Shown piece by piece: positions 6,575 to 8,147 of a DNA stretch of 8,147 nt. Numbering within the stretch: the first letter of the stretch is position 1; every line of letters starts with the position of its first letter. Position numbers and translations under genes: made by a program. Source of the DNA: Octopus sinensis (Eukaryota); contig NW_021828730.1 of NCBI RefSeq assembly GCF_006345805.1, positions 1 through 8,147 on the forward strand, written 5' to 3'. The notes below the pieces were generated by a model. The model worked only from the letters and a program-made list of their open reading frames with translations, did not search any database and was not told the origin of the DNA.

Positions 6575-6763
6575 GGTATTTCGTCTGCCGTTACGTTCTG
6601 AGTTCAAATTCTGCCGAGGTCGACTTTACCTTTCATCCTTTCGGGGTCGATTAAATAAGTACCAGTTACGCACTGGGGTCGATATAATCGACTTAATCCA
6701 TTTGTATGTCCTTGTTTGTCCTCTCTGTGTTTGGCCCCTTGTGGGTAGTAAAGAAATAAGAAA
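6575..6763 (+). mobile_element. SINE family 2, copy B, 5'-truncated (no A box), fused head-to-tail to copy A
   Basis: 6576-6758 aligns ungapped to 6392-6574 with 11 substitutions in 183 nt. Confidence 0.9.
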
Positions 6764-7052
6764 TCCCTAGTAAGAGCGATTTGAGACAAAATACGGTACC
6801 TACAAGGATTGTATATCCGTTTATACACATTTTCGAAATGTAAATTGGGTGGGTGATTTACCTTCAACCTTGGCGGGTACATGTTGATGACAAGCCTCGA
6901 AAAAGGCAAAACACCCGTGTGTGTGTGTGTCTGTCCCCCCTTCACACTGGTGATTGCTACTATTGTAGAGTTCTTGCCCCATACATATATGGTCTTCTTC
7001 ATACCTTACTACTGAACCTCCTTTTCCTATTTCCATATTCCTATTGCTTTAC

Positions 7053-7271
7053 ATGTATGTATTTATGTATGTATGTATGTATTTATGTATGTATGTATGT
7101 ATGTGTGTATGCATGCATATATGTATGCATGCATGTGTGTATGCATGCATGTATGTATGCATGCATTAGTGTATGCATGCATGTATGTATGTATGTATGC
7201 ATGCATGTATGTATGTATGTATGTATGTATGTATGTATGTATGTATGTATGTATCTATCTATCTATCTATC
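7053..7271. repeat. Compound (TATG)n/(TGCA)n/(TATC)n microsatellite
   Basis: Direct inspection. Confidence 0.95.
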
Positions 7272-7374
7272 CAGTGAGAGAAGGTACTGGCTAGTACCAT
7301 TTTTATTAAAGATATGAGTTAAAAATAACTCAAAAGTCACAAAATCACTGTCTTAATGACCGACAAAGGGAAGT

Positions 7375-7510
7375 GTTTGTGTGTGCAGGTAGGTTTGTGT
7401 ATATGTTTGTGTATGCAGATGTATGCGTGCGTGTGTGTTGTGTGTGTGTGTGGTGTGTGTGTGTGGTGTGTGTGTGTGTGTTGTGTGCGTGCGAGTGTGT
7501 GAGTGTGTGA
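7375..7510. repeat. Degenerate (TG)n
   Basis: Direct inspection. Confidence 0.9.
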
Positions 7511-7984
7511 TTCACTACAGTTCCTGAAATAACTAGTGCCATAATTAAAAGACATCTGCGAAACGTTGGGGAAAAGAAAAAAAGCTTGTTGAAGCATAAT
7601 AAATGTGAAATTGCAAGGCGGTTTGCGACTACACGTTGAGGCTGACATAATTACAGAACAGAAACTTCTCATTAACGAGAAACAGTAATGGAAACAATCA
7701 AGGCAGCGTACGCAAGTGTGATGACAATGACTCATGGGAACAATGGCCATATGCTTGACTACAGTTCGCTGAAAACCGCGTGTTAGGATTAATGGATTTC
7801 TACTAATGTAATTTTCATTAAAAGTCAGAGCTGGCTTCGCCATCGTTTTTACGTTTCGTTAAGGACAATGATAAATAGTGTTCTTGAAATCTGTTTCTTA
7901 GCAATACGCAAAAGCCTCATTTATATTGTTTATTAGGGAAAAAGAGCAGCTGGTAGTGAAGAAATGATATTAGGTTGTCAGTAA

Positions 7985-8147
7985 GGCGGCGAGCTGGCAC
8001 AAACGTTAGCACGCCGGCCGAAATGCTTAGCGGTATTTCGTCTGACGCTTCGTTCTGAGTTCAATTCCGCCGAGTCGACTTTGCCTTTCATCCTTTCGGG
8101 GTCGATTAAATAAGTACCAGTTACGCACTGGGGTCGATGTAATCGAC
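7985..8147 (+). mobile_element. SINE family 2, copy C (cut by window end)
   Basis: ggcggcgagctggcacaaacgttagcacgccggccgaaatg... homologous to 6344 onward. Confidence 0.9.

Noticed and set aside
6853-7317. MYVC-repeat ORFs
   Set aside because: (TATG)n microsatellite translation.
7527-7790. IIKRHLRNVGEKKK faintly like the mariner transposase RHL..G..KK segment; ORF 7337-7843
   Set aside because: No WVPHEL or DDD motifs, stops in all frames, no TIRs; the minus ORF runs into (CA)n.

Overview
Eukaryotic, repeat-rich, essentially non-coding window. It is most likely coleoid cephalopod (Octopus-like), inferred from two tRNA-derived SINE families that I recognise from memory, not from a database search. 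Roughly 40% is simple repeat: GA, GATA/GACA, TA, ATT, CA, AAC/GTT, GTA, TATG and TG. Interspersed elements are SINE family 1 (+ copy with a tandemly duplicated 3' half, and a 5'-truncated - copy), SINE family 2 (a head-to-tail dimer plus a third copy at the window end), a 521-bp Tc2/pogo-type MITE with 25-bp TIRs and TA target duplication, and short Penelope-like (PLE) fragments. The best find is a minimal type I hammerhead ribozyme with a complete core on the minus strand (2463-2508). A U4C core variant (1924-1958) and two decayed hammerhead-like relics lie on the same strand. A 30-bp minisatellite (11.7 units) has open frames and is interrupted by one 4-bp insertion. Almost all ORFs in the supplied track are microsatellite or SINE artefacts, and no protein-coding gene can be confidently named. 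I see no evidence for a wholly new biological system; the hammerhead cluster is the lead most worth testing.
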